From: a phage
Length of the DNA stretch: 64,000 nucleotides
Reading direction: 5' to 3' (one strand)
NCBI GenBank assembly: GCA_024614665.1
Contig: GCA_024614665.1_4861.1
The notes below the pieces were generated by a model. The model was given only the letters and a program-made list of their open reading frames with translations. It did no database searches and was not told where the DNA came from. Positions within the stretch are counted from its first letter, which is position 1. Each line of letters starts with the position of its first letter. The translations under genes were made by a program, and so were the position numbers. Below, piece by piece: positions 39,432 through 48,924 of the stretch.

Positions 39432-39474
39432 CGCTAATCCTCAGGGGAAAACAGGCGGGTTGCCCCGCCCATGC

Positions 39475-40968
39475 TTATTTCTTCTTAGTCAAGAACTTCG
39501 GTTCCAGACCATCCACGGCCATCGCTAGTAATGACATTGCTGTTAAACAACGCTTACCACCTTTGACTTCCTGATCCTTGAACATCCAGTATTCCACCGT
39601 ATTGTCCAGAATTTCATTCCAGTCCCACTTTTCGTCGATAACCTTATAAAGCTCCGCCGGTGAGAGATGATATTTCATTTCCAGTCGGTGGTAGTTGTTC
39701 TGCATATACGCTAACGCAGCAGTGATTTCCAATGCCCTACGTAAACGCGGATTGCTGTCACACATGTCGCGAATCGTGGTACGCATGAAAGATGTACCAG
39801 GTAACAAATCGAGGGTATAATTAGCACCACTACGTTTGTAGCCCCATTCATCTTTCAGTGTGTCGCTCAGGTAATGCCACAGAGAGAGGTGATAAAGCAG
39901 ACCCATCTCCTGTGAGAAGACCATTTTGAACTTAACGCCTGTGTGACCACCTTTCGCACGGTACTGCGTGAAGACGATTTCTTTCAGGTCGTTTACCGAA
40001 GCATTCATCGCTTTTGAACGCGCAGTCGGGTATTTCTCTTCGTTTACACCGGTCTTCGCGTTGTAAGTCTGATCCTGCTTCAACTCACCAGACTTGGTTG
40101 CAACCAGCAGGGAGTTAGTTAAGAACGACAACTGACGACGCGGAATACCCGCAAACTTCAAATCATCGCCAGCATCGTCTAGCAGTTTACCGTTCGCTTT
40201 CGGTCCACCGCGACCGCCGGCAGCCATCGCCTTACCAGCATCGTCGGCCAGTTGAGCAACAAAGCCCATGTAGAAACCGCCACGCGCGAATGCAGATGGC
40301 CAACGACTCATCATGTTAGACTTTTGCAGCGCGTCGTGGGCGTTCAGGATGTTCTGTTCGGAGTCACCGACTTCTGATTTGGCATGTTTCTCTTCCAGAG
40401 AAGAGGTGTGCCATTCAGACAGGGAGTCAATCGAGTACAACCACGGGTCGAGAATCTTTTTCGCAGAGCGGCGAATTGGGTCCGGGAACGGCGTTTCGCG
40501 CGCTTTACCAGCCATATACTCTTTGAAACGTTTTTCGACTTCATCACGAATATAGGCAGAGTAATATTCTTCACCTGCCATGATATCCGAGCCAACCATG
40601 TTGTAACGACCTTCGTGGATCAGGTCCAGCACGCCGCCTGTTGGTGATACTTCTAATCCGTTTGCTTTCGCAGCGGAGATGTACCCCGTTTCCAGACGAC
40701 TTAATGCTGCCGTAACTTCGGTATCGTATTTCGATCCCCAGGCTGCATTATAACGTTGCAGAATCATGAAAATGCAGAAGTCTAATAAGGTAGACTTAAA
40801 AGTGTTCCCACGACCTGCGAAGCCCATGATGTGGGCAAAACCACCGTTGAGGTAGTACAAACCATCTTCCCCGCGCTCGTAGTTACCGAGAGCGTGGTCC
40901 ATGATGGTATATACGTTAAAACGAGGGCGAATTACTTCACCCATGACTTGTTTAGCTGGACCTGCCAT
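39475..40968 (-). CDS. RecA-fold ATPase, UvsX/RecA-like recombinase candidate
   Basis: 497 aa; atypical Walker A GRGNTFKST (compare T4 UvsX GPSKSFKS as I recall it) and Walker B-like LYSIDSLSE (compare UvsX VVFIDSLGN); spacing between the motifs is longer than in RecA. Confidence 0.35.
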   Translation of the reverse strand: MAGPAKQVMGEVIRPRFNVYTIMDHALGNYERGEDGLYYLNGGFAHIMGFAGRGNTFKSTLLDFCIFMILQRYNAAWGSKYDTEVTAALSRLETGYISAAKANGLEVSPTGGVLDLIHEGRYNMVGSDIMAGEEYYSAYIRDEVEKRFKEYMAGKARETPFPDPIRRSAKKILDPWLYSIDSLSEWHTSSLEEKHAKSEVGDSEQNILNAHDALQKSNMMSRWPSAFARGGFYMGFVAQLADDAGKAMAAGGRGGPKANGKLLDDAGDDLKFAGIPRRQLSFLTNSLLVATKSGELKQDQTYNAKTGVNEEKYPTARSKAMNASVNDLKEIVFTQYRAKGGHTGVKFKMVFSQEMGLLYHLSLWHYLSDTLKDEWGYKRSGANYTLDLLPGTSFMRTTIRDMCDSNPRLRRALEITAALAYMQNNYHRLEMKYHLSPAELYKVIDEKWDWNEILDNTVEYWMFKDQEVKGGKRCLTAMSLLAMAVDGLEPKFLTKKK

Positions 40969-40983
40969 TTAGCGCTCCGTCAA

Positions 40984-41283
40984 TTAGCGTTTTTTCAGTG
41001 GGAGTAACAGACGACGTTTATGCCAAACTTCGAAATGCATTTCTGCCCACTCGGTGACTTGATTGTCATCCTTAGGATTGATGTTAGAAATGCTTTTGAA
41101 GCGGTTACGGTTACGTTCGTCGATTTCGATTTCTAGAACGCGCTTACCATCAGCACGAGTGGTCACGTTCAGGATTTTACCAACCACGATAGGACTACCA
41201 TCGGCATTCTTCTTCGTCGGGGTGGTGTAAATCTCAGGTTCGATACGAGAGGTTAAAGCACGAGTCAGTAATTTGATTCTCAT
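40984..41283 (-). CDS. hypothetical basic protein
   Basis: 99-aa ORF. Confidence 0.45.
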   Translation of the reverse strand: MRIKLLTRALTSRIEPEIYTTPTKKNADGSPIVVGKILNVTTRADGKRVLEIEIDERNRNRFKSISNINPKDDNQVTEWAEMHFEVWHKRRLLLPLKKR

Positions 41284-41358
41284 CAGGTGTTACCTTTTTG
41301 CAGTTCTCGTACATAAGGTTTGGGTGATACGTAAAAGACTTACTATGTAGCCCAATCC

Positions 41359-41373
41359 CTTATATATTCGAGG
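41359..41373 (+). promoter_or_regulatory. AT-rich promoter-like element (plus strand)
   Basis: CTTATATATTCGAGG 9 nt upstream of ATG 41382, in a divergent intergenic region. Confidence 0.35.
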
Positions 41374-41381
41374 TTGATAGA

Positions 41382-42137
41382 ATGAATGTTAATCCACTTG
41401 CAGCGTTGTCGGGCTTTGTTGCCAAAGCATCCACGATTCTGCCTAAAGCCTTTAGCGGCTCTCAACAGGAACTCGCGCTGACCACCTATGACGACATGTC
41501 TGATGTGTCCAAGTGGATGCAGCAAGAGAAGTTTTTAAACTTTACCGGAATGCTTGTACCCGTACCTCCGGGCTTCAACACGTATGTGATGGACCACATA
41601 GAACGGTTGGAATCTGTATGGGCTGTGCTCCAGAAGATTCAGGAAGGGGTTTTAACACCCATCGATAAACGTTTCGGTGCGATGACCCATGACCTGGGCA
41701 TGTTAACTCTGCCGATTGGGTTTAAGTTCAAAGACCTGAACTACCCGCTGAAAAATATCAATCCAAAAGATCTGGTTGAGAAACTGGCGAAGTCGTATAC
41801 CAACAACGTCATTGACCAGCGTCCGATTGAAAAGACCTACCACAGCGCAGGCGAGATCGATGTTGCATTTAATCGTGCCAAAGCGCTGAACCTGGAAGTG
41901 ACTAAGAAACTTCAGAAAAGTATTGACCGTACAGTTGAAAGCATCAATGTCTCTGTGGATATTATCTCTAATTCACAAGTCCATCCTAATGTGGCGGCAG
42001 AGTTAGTGAAAATGGCTGACATGGGTGCTGACTGGGTTGAGCTGTTCGGACTTTTTATGAAACAGATTAACGAACTGACAGAATGTCTGAACGTAACTGG
42101 TGATCGCCTCAAGACCCTGAAAGCAAACAAAAAATAA
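41382..42137 (+). CDS. hypothetical protein
   Basis: 251-aa ORF followed by a strong terminator. Confidence 0.55.
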   Translation: MNVNPLAALSGFVAKASTILPKAFSGSQQELALTTYDDMSDVSKWMQQEKFLNFTGMLVPVPPGFNTYVMDHIERLESVWAVLQKIQEGVLTPIDKRFGAMTHDLGMLTLPIGFKFKDLNYPLKNINPKDLVEKLAKSYTNNVIDQRPIEKTYHSAGEIDVAFNRAKALNLEVTKKLQKSIDRTVESINVSVDIISNSQVHPNVAAELVKMADMGADWVELFGLFMKQINELTECLNVTGDRLKTLKANKK

Positions 42138-42146
42138 AACGTGATA

Positions 42147-42188
42147 CCTCCCACCTACCGTAACTGGTAGGTGGGAGGGTTTTATTTT
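42147..42188. terminator. bidirectional intrinsic terminator
   Basis: Long stem CCTCCCACCTACC / GGTAGGTGGGAGG then GTTTTATTTT; A-rich run on the other side. Confidence 0.7.
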
Positions 42189-43110
42189 AAACGGTAAGGA
42201 AACCACGAACGAGCGTTGGTGGAATCCATCTTACGACTTTCTGGCGTACGCCATCGCGCGGACCTTTCCAGAAAGTGTGCCAATGTGCACGCCGCATATG
42301 TGCTTTACGACCACCTTCTCTTAATCCGCTCGTGGTTGTTCCGTACTGATTGAGATAGCGTTCCTGTTCGTTTATGGTTGAAATAACAATTGGCTTAGAT
42401 CGTGGCTGGACATGATAATCCGGCATCGTTTTTCTTTTCTTCCTTTTTGGGTATACCGTAGGTTCGGGATAACGCGGGATGAGAGAACAGGTAAAGAGCA
42501 TTGCAGTGACTAGCCGATGGGGTGCCTCTGTCCATTCATCGAACACCCCACTAAGTTTAACAAAGCCGTTCCCCACATCTACGATTTCTGCGGCATCAAC
42601 CTGTACACAATCGACCGCGTTACGAAAAATACTTAGAATCAAACAGTCTTTTCCTTGAATCCACCGCCTGGAGATATAATAAACCAATTCCAGTTTTTCA
42701 CCAGTCTGCTGTATGATCTCTAGGGGGAATTCTACGGTCCATCCTGGGATTTTATCAAACCAGTCACGCGGCAATTCATCGAGAAGATCGGAGCCTATCA
42801 TCTGTTCAAACACAAAAGAGTCACCGATAAGTAACACACCACCATAACGGTAACCGTGTGCGATAGTGGCGTAAAGATTTTGAACTTCAAGGTTTTTCGG
42901 AGTAGACGATAAGAAATATTCCGGTGGAATGAACCGCTGACCTATGCACCCCTCGTGCTCAGACGCATATTTCTCAACCAAGTTGATGCCCCTGGAACGT
43001 TCATTTGCTTTACTCAACATGACAAGGAAATCACCATCGGTTTTCACTCTATCAGCATCAATACCCAGCAATTTTAATGCTACTTTATCACTTTCACTAA
43101 TGTTAAACAT
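42187..43110 (-). CDS. hypothetical protein with basic C-terminal region
   Basis: 307-aa ORF. Confidence 0.5.
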   Translation of the reverse strand: MFNISESDKVALKLLGIDADRVKTDGDFLVMLSKANERSRGINLVEKYASEHEGCIGQRFIPPEYFLSSTPKNLEVQNLYATIAHGYRYGGVLLIGDSFVFEQMIGSDLLDELPRDWFDKIPGWTVEFPLEIIQQTGEKLELVYYISRRWIQGKDCLILSIFRNAVDCVQVDAAEIVDVGNGFVKLSGVFDEWTEAPHRLVTAMLFTCSLIPRYPEPTVYPKRKKRKTMPDYHVQPRSKPIVISTINEQERYLNQYGTTTSGLREGGRKAHMRRAHWHTFWKGPRDGVRQKVVRWIPPTLVRGFLTV

Positions 43111-43126
43111 TTTAATACACCTTACG

Positions 43127-43144
43127 TAAATAGTCGATTAAAAA
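43127..43144 (-). promoter_or_regulatory. TTTTTAATCGACTATTTAC element upstream of SD
   Basis: Minus-strand order: terminator, TTTTTAATCGACTATTTAC, GTAAGGTG SD, ATG. Confidence 0.45.
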
Positions 43145-43175
43145 ATAAAACTGCGGACACCCCGAAGAGTGTCCG
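43141..43175 (-). terminator. intrinsic terminator
   Basis: Hairpin CGGACAC TCTTCGGG GTGTCCG followed on the minus strand by CAGTTTTATTTTT. Confidence 0.6.
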
Positions 43176-43180
43176 TTTAA

Positions 43181-43723
43181 TTAGAAGTTGCCAATAGCGA
43201 TAGGCTGCATTGGCTCGACCACAATCAGTATTTCTTTCAGACGCGAAACGATATGCTCCCAGACTTGTGCTTCGAGGTGACGTAACATGGTGGTGAACTC
43301 GCCCATGTACATCTCTTTAAACTCGTCGCGATTGAGATGTTCCCACGCTTCTTTCAATGGGCCTGCTTCTGGACCAGACATCTTGATCATCATTTCGATG
43401 TCTTTCATCTCATCAAACGCCTTGCCGACTTTATCAATAACCTCGTCGGTCTTGAGTTCGAGTGAGAAACGACCCATCTTAGACTGCAGGAAGCCATCTT
43501 CAATATCTTCGTCGTTGTATTCGAAACACGCAATACGTTGCGCGAGTTGATGAACTTCATTTACCGCGATGTTGACGTACGCCGCAGAAATAAGTCCAGC
43601 GAGGTGCTGACGATCGATATTCTTTGGTATCAGATAGTCTTCACACTTACGCTTAAACTCGAACAACGCCGCTGGAAATATTTCACGAAATTCGTCATCG
43701 AGTAAATCAATGAATATTTTCAT
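43181..43723 (-). CDS. hypothetical protein (paralog pair with 43720-44259?)
   Basis: 180-aa ORF; similar N-terminus and shared DKVG segment with the neighbouring gene. Confidence 0.5.
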   Translation of the reverse strand: MKIFIDLLDDEFREIFPAALFEFKRKCEDYLIPKNIDRQHLAGLISAAYVNIAVNEVHQLAQRIACFEYNDEDIEDGFLQSKMGRFSLELKTDEVIDKVGKAFDEMKDIEMMIKMSGPEAGPLKEAWEHLNRDEFKEMYMGEFTTMLRHLEAQVWEHIVSRLKEILIVVEPMQPIAIGNF

Positions 43724-44259
43724 TCAACAGGTTTCCCATATTTCTCGCCGAGATACAGCAGTTCACGACGACAGATAGCCAGCACTTTCATTTCCGCTTC
43801 ACGATACAGCTTGGTGATTTTGTCAATGATTGGCTGGTCAACGATATCAGACCAAGTTACCGTATCCGTAACGTTCGATGATTGCCCGTTAATGACCACA
43901 GCAACGTATGTCTCGCCCAGGTTCTCTTGATGTAACCCCGCCAGAGATTCACCAACCTTATCAAAGGCTTCACTCAATAAGTCGGTGATTTGGTCCGTCC
44001 CTTCTACCAGTTCAAAACGATGGGGATAGTTCAGAATGTTACGCAGCCGCGTGAACATGCGTTCAATAAGCTGATTTACCATATCCTCAGTGTCACAGAT
44101 AGCCACATCTACGCCCGAACCTATTTCGTCAGACAAACGATTTTCGTGGACGACCAACGCGTCGTGAAGTTCAAATTCCACGTCTCGTTTTAATCCTAAC
44201 AGAATTTCATCTAGCTGACGTCTCGACTCCGACAGAGCGAAGTCTATTACGATTTGCAT
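43720..44259 (-). CDS. hypothetical protein
   Basis: 179-aa ORF. Confidence 0.5.
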   Translation of the reverse strand: MQIVIDFALSESRRQLDEILLGLKRDVEFELHDALVVHENRLSDEIGSGVDVAICDTEDMVNQLIERMFTRLRNILNYPHRFELVEGTDQITDLLSEAFDKVGESLAGLHQENLGETYVAVVINGQSSNVTDTVTWSDIVDQPIIDKITKLYREAEMKVLAICRRELLYLGEKYGKPVE

Positions 44260-44269
44260 CTAATACTCC

Positions 44270-44677
44270 TTAGAAGTTACTTACCTCGGGCTGCGTATAC
44301 CAGTATCTACACGCTACGAGATCCACAACGTTATATTTCAGTTGTCCGCCGTGCTGTGACGTATCTGCTAGTTCATGTGCAAGCTTGTACGCCAAATCTT
44401 CACGGTTGTCGAGGATAAGCAACACAACACGCTGCACCTCATTGAAGATATCTGGTTCACGTAAACAACTGTAGCGGTCGCCAAGATGCTTAATAACGCC
44501 TTTATAAACATCTCCTGGTACAGCAGTGCCATTTTCTGCCGCGTGGAATGAAACAAGCACGATTTTAATTAAAATCTCGACAACCATGGAGTATATCATT
44601 CCACGGTTGCCGTTAATTTCCACGTGCTTTAGATACTCTTGCAAATCCATCAGTGACTCGCTATACACCTTTAACAT
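44270..44677 (-). CDS. hypothetical protein
   Basis: 135-aa ORF. Confidence 0.5.
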   Translation of the reverse strand: MLKVYSESLMDLQEYLKHVEINGNRGMIYSMVVEILIKIVLVSFHAAENGTAVPGDVYKGVIKHLGDRYSCLREPDIFNEVQRVVLLILDNREDLAYKLAHELADTSQHGGQLKYNVVDLVACRYWYTQPEVSNF

Positions 44678-44687
44678 AGCGACCTCG

Positions 44688-45059
44688 CTATTTGTTCGCT
44701 GGCCATACCCCCGGTGAAGGTATTGCCGTTAATCCTCGCCACTTCTTGACGGTTATTTGATCCTGTCCAGCCACGCCGAATATGTCGAACCCCACAGTTG
44801 CCACCACATCGACTTCACGGTCAAGTGACGATTCGCTAAAGGGAGAGATATGCACAAACGACACCAGTTTGCCGCCGTTGATGGCCGTGTCGCGAACAAG
44901 ACGTGCCATCTTACGCAACTCTACGGTCACATCGCCGCGGATAGCCGTGCTTGCGGTAGTGGGATTTAACCATTGTTCATGGCCAGGTGCCACAATATAC
45001 AGAATAGCACCTTCTTTGTAATACTGTTTTACCATTGTTTCAAATTCATCTTGCGTCAT
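44688..45059 (-). CDS. hypothetical protein
   Basis: 123-aa ORF. Confidence 0.5.
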   Translation of the reverse strand: MTQDEFETMVKQYYKEGAILYIVAPGHEQWLNPTTASTAIRGDVTVELRKMARLVRDTAINGGKLVSFVHISPFSESSLDREVDVVATVGFDIFGVAGQDQITVKKWRGLTAIPSPGVWPANK

Positions 45060-45072
45060 GTTAAATACTCCT

Positions 45073-45807
45073 TCAGTAGTTTAGCTTCTCAGAGACTTCT
45101 TTACGGATGCGACACATCACCACCATCGCACCATTCGGAATTTGGCTCACGCAGTTATCCGTGTAAAACTTACCTTCACACAGATAAAAGTCCAGACACA
45201 TGGCATCGGTCAGCTCGTGCCACAGGGTGCCGAAACCATACTGCCAAGGGCCGGAATGAACGACATCGTAATCGCCATCAGTTATGCCAAATGCGGCAGT
45301 AGCGGAAGACCACAGTGTTGAGGAGGTGGTATAAGTGTCATACCAGTAACCGAGCAGTCGATGGTTACGACGTATCTCAGCTAACCGCTCGTACATTGGG
45401 ATGAATACGTCCTCCACTTGCGTGACAAAATCAGCCAGCATCAACTTTTCCGTGAACCACTCGATCCACGCAAAGATTTGTTCTTCAACGTCTTGCTGGC
45501 TTAACCCCGTGGCAGTAATGCCTTCTTCGTAGGAGTAACCTTCGTAGACGTCAACAACATTAATCTCTACATGTTCTAGCGTGAACAACCGTTCGGTGTT
45601 GATGCAGTCGTACATCTCTTGTAACCACGCAGTGAAGACTTCTATACAGACGTTGATGGCTGTATACTTGAACTCGTCACGCAGAGGATACCACTGTGGG
45701 TTATCCTTTAGTTCGTTCTTCGCGAACGCGGGCCAATGCTTTTCGAACAACGCTTCAAAGAACTGGGGCGTGAGGTTTAAAAGCACTGGCACTTCGACTT
45801 TAAGCAT
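45073..45807 (-). CDS. hypothetical protein
   Basis: 244-aa ORF with AAGGAG SD. Confidence 0.5.
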   Translation of the reverse strand: MLKVEVPVLLNLTPQFFEALFEKHWPAFAKNELKDNPQWYPLRDEFKYTAINVCIEVFTAWLQEMYDCINTERLFTLEHVEINVVDVYEGYSYEEGITATGLSQQDVEEQIFAWIEWFTEKLMLADFVTQVEDVFIPMYERLAEIRRNHRLLGYWYDTYTTSSTLWSSATAAFGITDGDYDVVHSGPWQYGFGTLWHELTDAMCLDFYLCEGKFYTDNCVSQIPNGAMVVMCRIRKEVSEKLNY

Positions 45808-45840
45808 CGTGAATAAATTCTCCTTAAGGTTACGTCCCTG

Positions 45841-45859
45841 TAGATAATATCTATCTCAG
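45841..45859 (-). promoter_or_regulatory. AT-rich promoter-like element
   Basis: Minus-strand CTGAGATAGATATTATCTACAGG overlapping the stop of the upstream gene, about 35 nt before ATG 45807. Confidence 0.4.
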
Positions 45860-45860
45860 A

Positions 45861-46601
45861 TTACTTTAAGAGATGCAAGAAGCGTGCTGCCTGTTCTGTA
45901 AAGTGAAAATACTCGATGGTATCAGGTTCGTCCGAGTGAATGTCATCCGGGTCCAGCAGGTAGCCCGAGATATCATCCGTTAAAACCCAAGCGTCCCCTT
46001 GCAGGAAAATACCCATCGGTTTTTCTACCACGGGCATCACTAAGTCCGAATAAGAGTTACCTTCTGCTACCCTTACAATGTCTACACACGGGTCAACAAT
46101 ATACAGGTTGCAGAGACTGCGATCTTTAAGACTGCGATGAAACATCGCTCGATCGTACCAAATAACCTGAGAACAATTATCTTCGTCACCCGCCACATCG
46201 ACCAACTCTGTCCAGAAACGATGTAAGAACCAGTTCAACGCACCGGTTATTAGCTCGTTCGGTTTCAGCATTCTAACGTGTTCGTCGTACAACTCTTCCA
46301 TTGTCCAGATTCGACACTGCTCACGATCGATTGTCGGTAGGGGAGGTATTTGCGGCGGGACTTGTTTAGGCATCGGTTCATCACATCTTGCATTGTAACG
46401 CGCAATTGTTTCGGTAACCAGCTCTGCCACAACATCACAAGCCGCTTCAAATCCCCACTTGTACAACACGTCGTAATCTTCCATGGGCGCAGCACCGAAC
46501 TCACGGTTCGTTGCCATCCACGACATCCATCCGTATTGCTCCACACAGTTAATCAGACTTTGTGTGTGGAGCGTGAGCGATTCACTCACGACTCGCAACA
46601 T
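45861..46601 (-). CDS. hypothetical protein
   Basis: ORF; start placed at the ATG (MLRVVSESL) to avoid overlap with the RNase H gene. Confidence 0.5.
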   Translation of the reverse strand: MLRVVSESLTLHTQSLINCVEQYGWMSWMATNREFGAAPMEDYDVLYKWGFEAACDVVAELVTETIARYNARCDEPMPKQVPPQIPPLPTIDREQCRIWTMEELYDEHVRMLKPNELITGALNWFLHRFWTELVDVAGDEDNCSQVIWYDRAMFHRSLKDRSLCNLYIVDPCVDIVRVAEGNSYSDLVMPVVEKPMGIFLQGDAWVLTDDISGYLLDPDDIHSDEPDTIEYFHFTEQAARFLHLLK

Positions 46602-46602
46602 G

Positions 46603-48117
46603 TTACACCTCTTCTTCTCGCAGTATGCGACGGTTTGCGTAATACGCACACCACAACCCATGATACTCTTTACCGATATAGATTAAGAAGTAACGGATGT
46701 AGTATTTTTCAGGACGACACACCGCGATGTAATAACGGCCTTCCGGTTCTTTAATACGGTTGATTTCCGTACGCGATGGAATATCGATGCCGCGAGTCAA
46801 AATAACCGAGACAGGTCGTTTACCCATCGGAAAGTCAATCTTTAACGTTATTGACTTATCGACGCTACGGTAGTATTCCTTGACAGGTTTACCTTTGTCG
46901 TCGAATAGCAAGTCGGTAATGTCGTTTAAGACATAACCCTTTTCCTGATGCAGAACATCTCGCAACGTTGTAGCGAGTTCGTCACGAATATCCAGCGCAC
47001 GGTACGACAATAAGGGCGGGCGAAGCATTCTGGAGATGGCCAGGTCTTCAAAGAACCAGACATTGGAATCTTCTCCACTGAAATGCATCTTGTCTGCCGG
47101 TAATCCATCACCTGCCACATCAACGAACTTCTTACGTTTAACGAACTCATTGTTAACAACACCGATTGGATCATACTGCCGCATCTTCGGTGTATCTTTC
47201 CATGCCAGGGCGGCGTGGGTGTTTACAATCGTGTAGATGTTATCCCACGGTTGTTTAGTGAACATTACGGAAAAGTGTGCATCAGGAATCATTTTCCCAA
47301 TAAACACCAAGTCGTCCTTGTTCTTTGCATGGTTACCACCAAACATGTAATAGAAAGTTTCATCTTTCACTTTTACAGTAGGATGGTCCTCGTTCACCAA
47401 CGGATAGCAATATTTAACCGTACAAATCGGCGGATATGCCGCAAGGTTCATCCCAGCGGCGATGGGCTCGGGTTCCGCGGATGCAGGCAACTCATCTTTC
47501 GACCAGTACGGCTGATATGGAACGCCGTCGTTGGTCGCAGTGATAGCTGAACCTTTTCTAGCCAATTCGTCCGCCCGGTCGTTACCGTAGTGGCCGGAGT
47601 GTCCTTTGATTTTGATAACCTTAACACCCCGTCCTTCTTTTTTCATCTGCTGTTTGATTTCCCAGATACGAACAATAAGTTCTTTGTTCGCCAGCGGAGT
47701 ACCGTCAGCACGAACCCAACCACGTTTATGCCAGCCGTCTATCCACTCGTTAAAAGTGTTTACAACGTAACTGGCATCCACGTAGATGATATAGTTCTTC
47801 GCGCGGAAGGGTGCGTTCTCAAACAACGTGATGAAGGCGATTAACTCGCCCACATCTGAGTAGAACTCTTTCGGAACGGGAATAACGGCGTCGACAAATT
47901 GAACGGTGTCCGGCAACTCCGGACACTTCACATCCTGCGGCACTTTTTTGTATCCAACAGTGGTAATCCGTTCTGAAACACCCGGATGGCTATAAGCCTG
48001 ACTGTCTTCCAAATCTCCGTTGTTGAATAAATAACCATGAATACCAGCCCCCGAACCTTTCGGGGACTCAGTATGACTACCATCGGTATAAATAACCGCT
48101 ACGTCGACGTCTTTCAT
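46603..48117 (-). CDS. RNase HI-domain protein fused to a C-terminal domain of unknown function
   Basis: N-terminal 200 aa align to E. coli RNase HI as I remember it (VAVIYTDGS, YVDASYVVNTFNEWIDGWHKRGW, KGHSGHYGNDRADELA); about 300 additional C-terminal residues have no recognisable motif. Confidence 0.65.
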   Translation of the reverse strand: MKDVDVAVIYTDGSHTESPKGSGAGIHGYLFNNGDLEDSQAYSHPGVSERITTVGYKKVPQDVKCPELPDTVQFVDAVIPVPKEFYSDVGELIAFITLFENAPFRAKNYIIYVDASYVVNTFNEWIDGWHKRGWVRADGTPLANKELIVRIWEIKQQMKKEGRGVKVIKIKGHSGHYGNDRADELARKGSAITATNDGVPYQPYWSKDELPASAEPEPIAAGMNLAAYPPICTVKYCYPLVNEDHPTVKVKDETFYYMFGGNHAKNKDDLVFIGKMIPDAHFSVMFTKQPWDNIYTIVNTHAALAWKDTPKMRQYDPIGVVNNEFVKRKKFVDVAGDGLPADKMHFSGEDSNVWFFEDLAISRMLRPPLLSYRALDIRDELATTLRDVLHQEKGYVLNDITDLLFDDKGKPVKEYYRSVDKSITLKIDFPMGKRPVSVILTRGIDIPSRTEINRIKEPEGRYYIAVCRPEKYYIRYFLIYIGKEYHGLWCAYYANRRILREEEV

Positions 48118-48836
48118 TATTCTCCTCGCAACTGCGGTGGAATGTATTCACCTGTGCACATTTCGCGGTGGGCTTCTAACATGCGCTCGAAGCCGTACGT
48201 ACGCGCGACCAGGGCCAAATGATAGATGCGTGCCGTAGAATACGCTTCCTTCGCAGCATCAAAGCTAGCGTTATGCTCGTACGCTTCTTTGCCACGGGTC
48301 CAATGGTGCGCTTCTGCGTGCCAGTTAGGTTCCAGGCCAAACGCATATGCAATACGCTCTGCAGTCCGGTCAGAGTCCAATATAGAAAACTTGCGGTACT
48401 TGCCCGGCGGGATATCGCACTGCGCGAACGCGTTCATCAGAATTGGAGCATCGAAATCGGGACCGCGCATGGTGATAACCATTTTCACGTTGCCCAGATC
48501 ATCCAACCATTTTTTGGCCGCCCACAGTGCTTCTGGCAGTGGCGTGGTCCCAGAAAACGCTTCAACACGTGCTTTCTCGCTCGGTGCGTATTCGGGGTCG
48601 CCTTTACCTTCCCAATAGCCGACCGTTTGTGGATCGATGTAGAAGATTTCTTTTGCTTTTGCATCGTTAGGGTCGATTTTGTGGTAACACGAACCGATCA
48701 TTTTCATTGTCGGAACATCGAATGCCACGTTTGCCAACGTTAAGATGTAGGCATCTGGACGTAAAGCCAGGGTCTCTAAGTCTGTACCAACAACCACGGT
48801 TGGTGTTAAAACAGGCAGAATTTTAGGATAGGTCAT
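48117..48836 (-). CDS. DnaQ-like (DEDDh) 3'-5' exonuclease
   Basis: 239 aa; GTDLET (Exo I D-x-E), PDFDAPIL (Exo II) and HNASFD (Exo III H-x4-D) in the expected order. Confidence 0.6.
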   Translation of the reverse strand: MTYPKILPVLTPTVVVGTDLETLALRPDAYILTLANVAFDVPTMKMIGSCYHKIDPNDAKAKEIFYIDPQTVGYWEGKGDPEYAPSEKARVEAFSGTTPLPEALWAAKKWLDDLGNVKMVITMRGPDFDAPILMNAFAQCDIPPGKYRKFSILDSDRTAERIAYAFGLEPNWHAEAHHWTRGKEAYEHNASFDAAKEAYSTARIYHLALVARTYGFERMLEAHREMCTGEYIPPQLRGE

Positions 48837-48851
48837 TTCAACTCTCCACGA

Positions 48852-48864
48852 GATTATATATCAC
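48852..48864 (-). promoter_or_regulatory. AT-rich promoter-like element
   Basis: Minus-strand TTAATAGTTAATAGTGTGATATATAATCTCGTGGAGAG directly upstream of ATG 48836; contains a tandem TTAATAG repeat. Confidence 0.4.
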
Positions 48865-48881
48865 ACTATTAACTATTAACG

Positions 48882-48918
48882 TAAAAAAGGAAATCCCTCT
48901 TACCCGAAGGTAAGAGGG
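48882..48918 (-). terminator. intrinsic terminator
   Basis: Hairpin CCCTCTTAC CTTCGG GTAAGAGGG followed on the minus strand by ATTTCCTTTTTTAC. Confidence 0.6.
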
Positions 48919-48924
48919 GAATTT

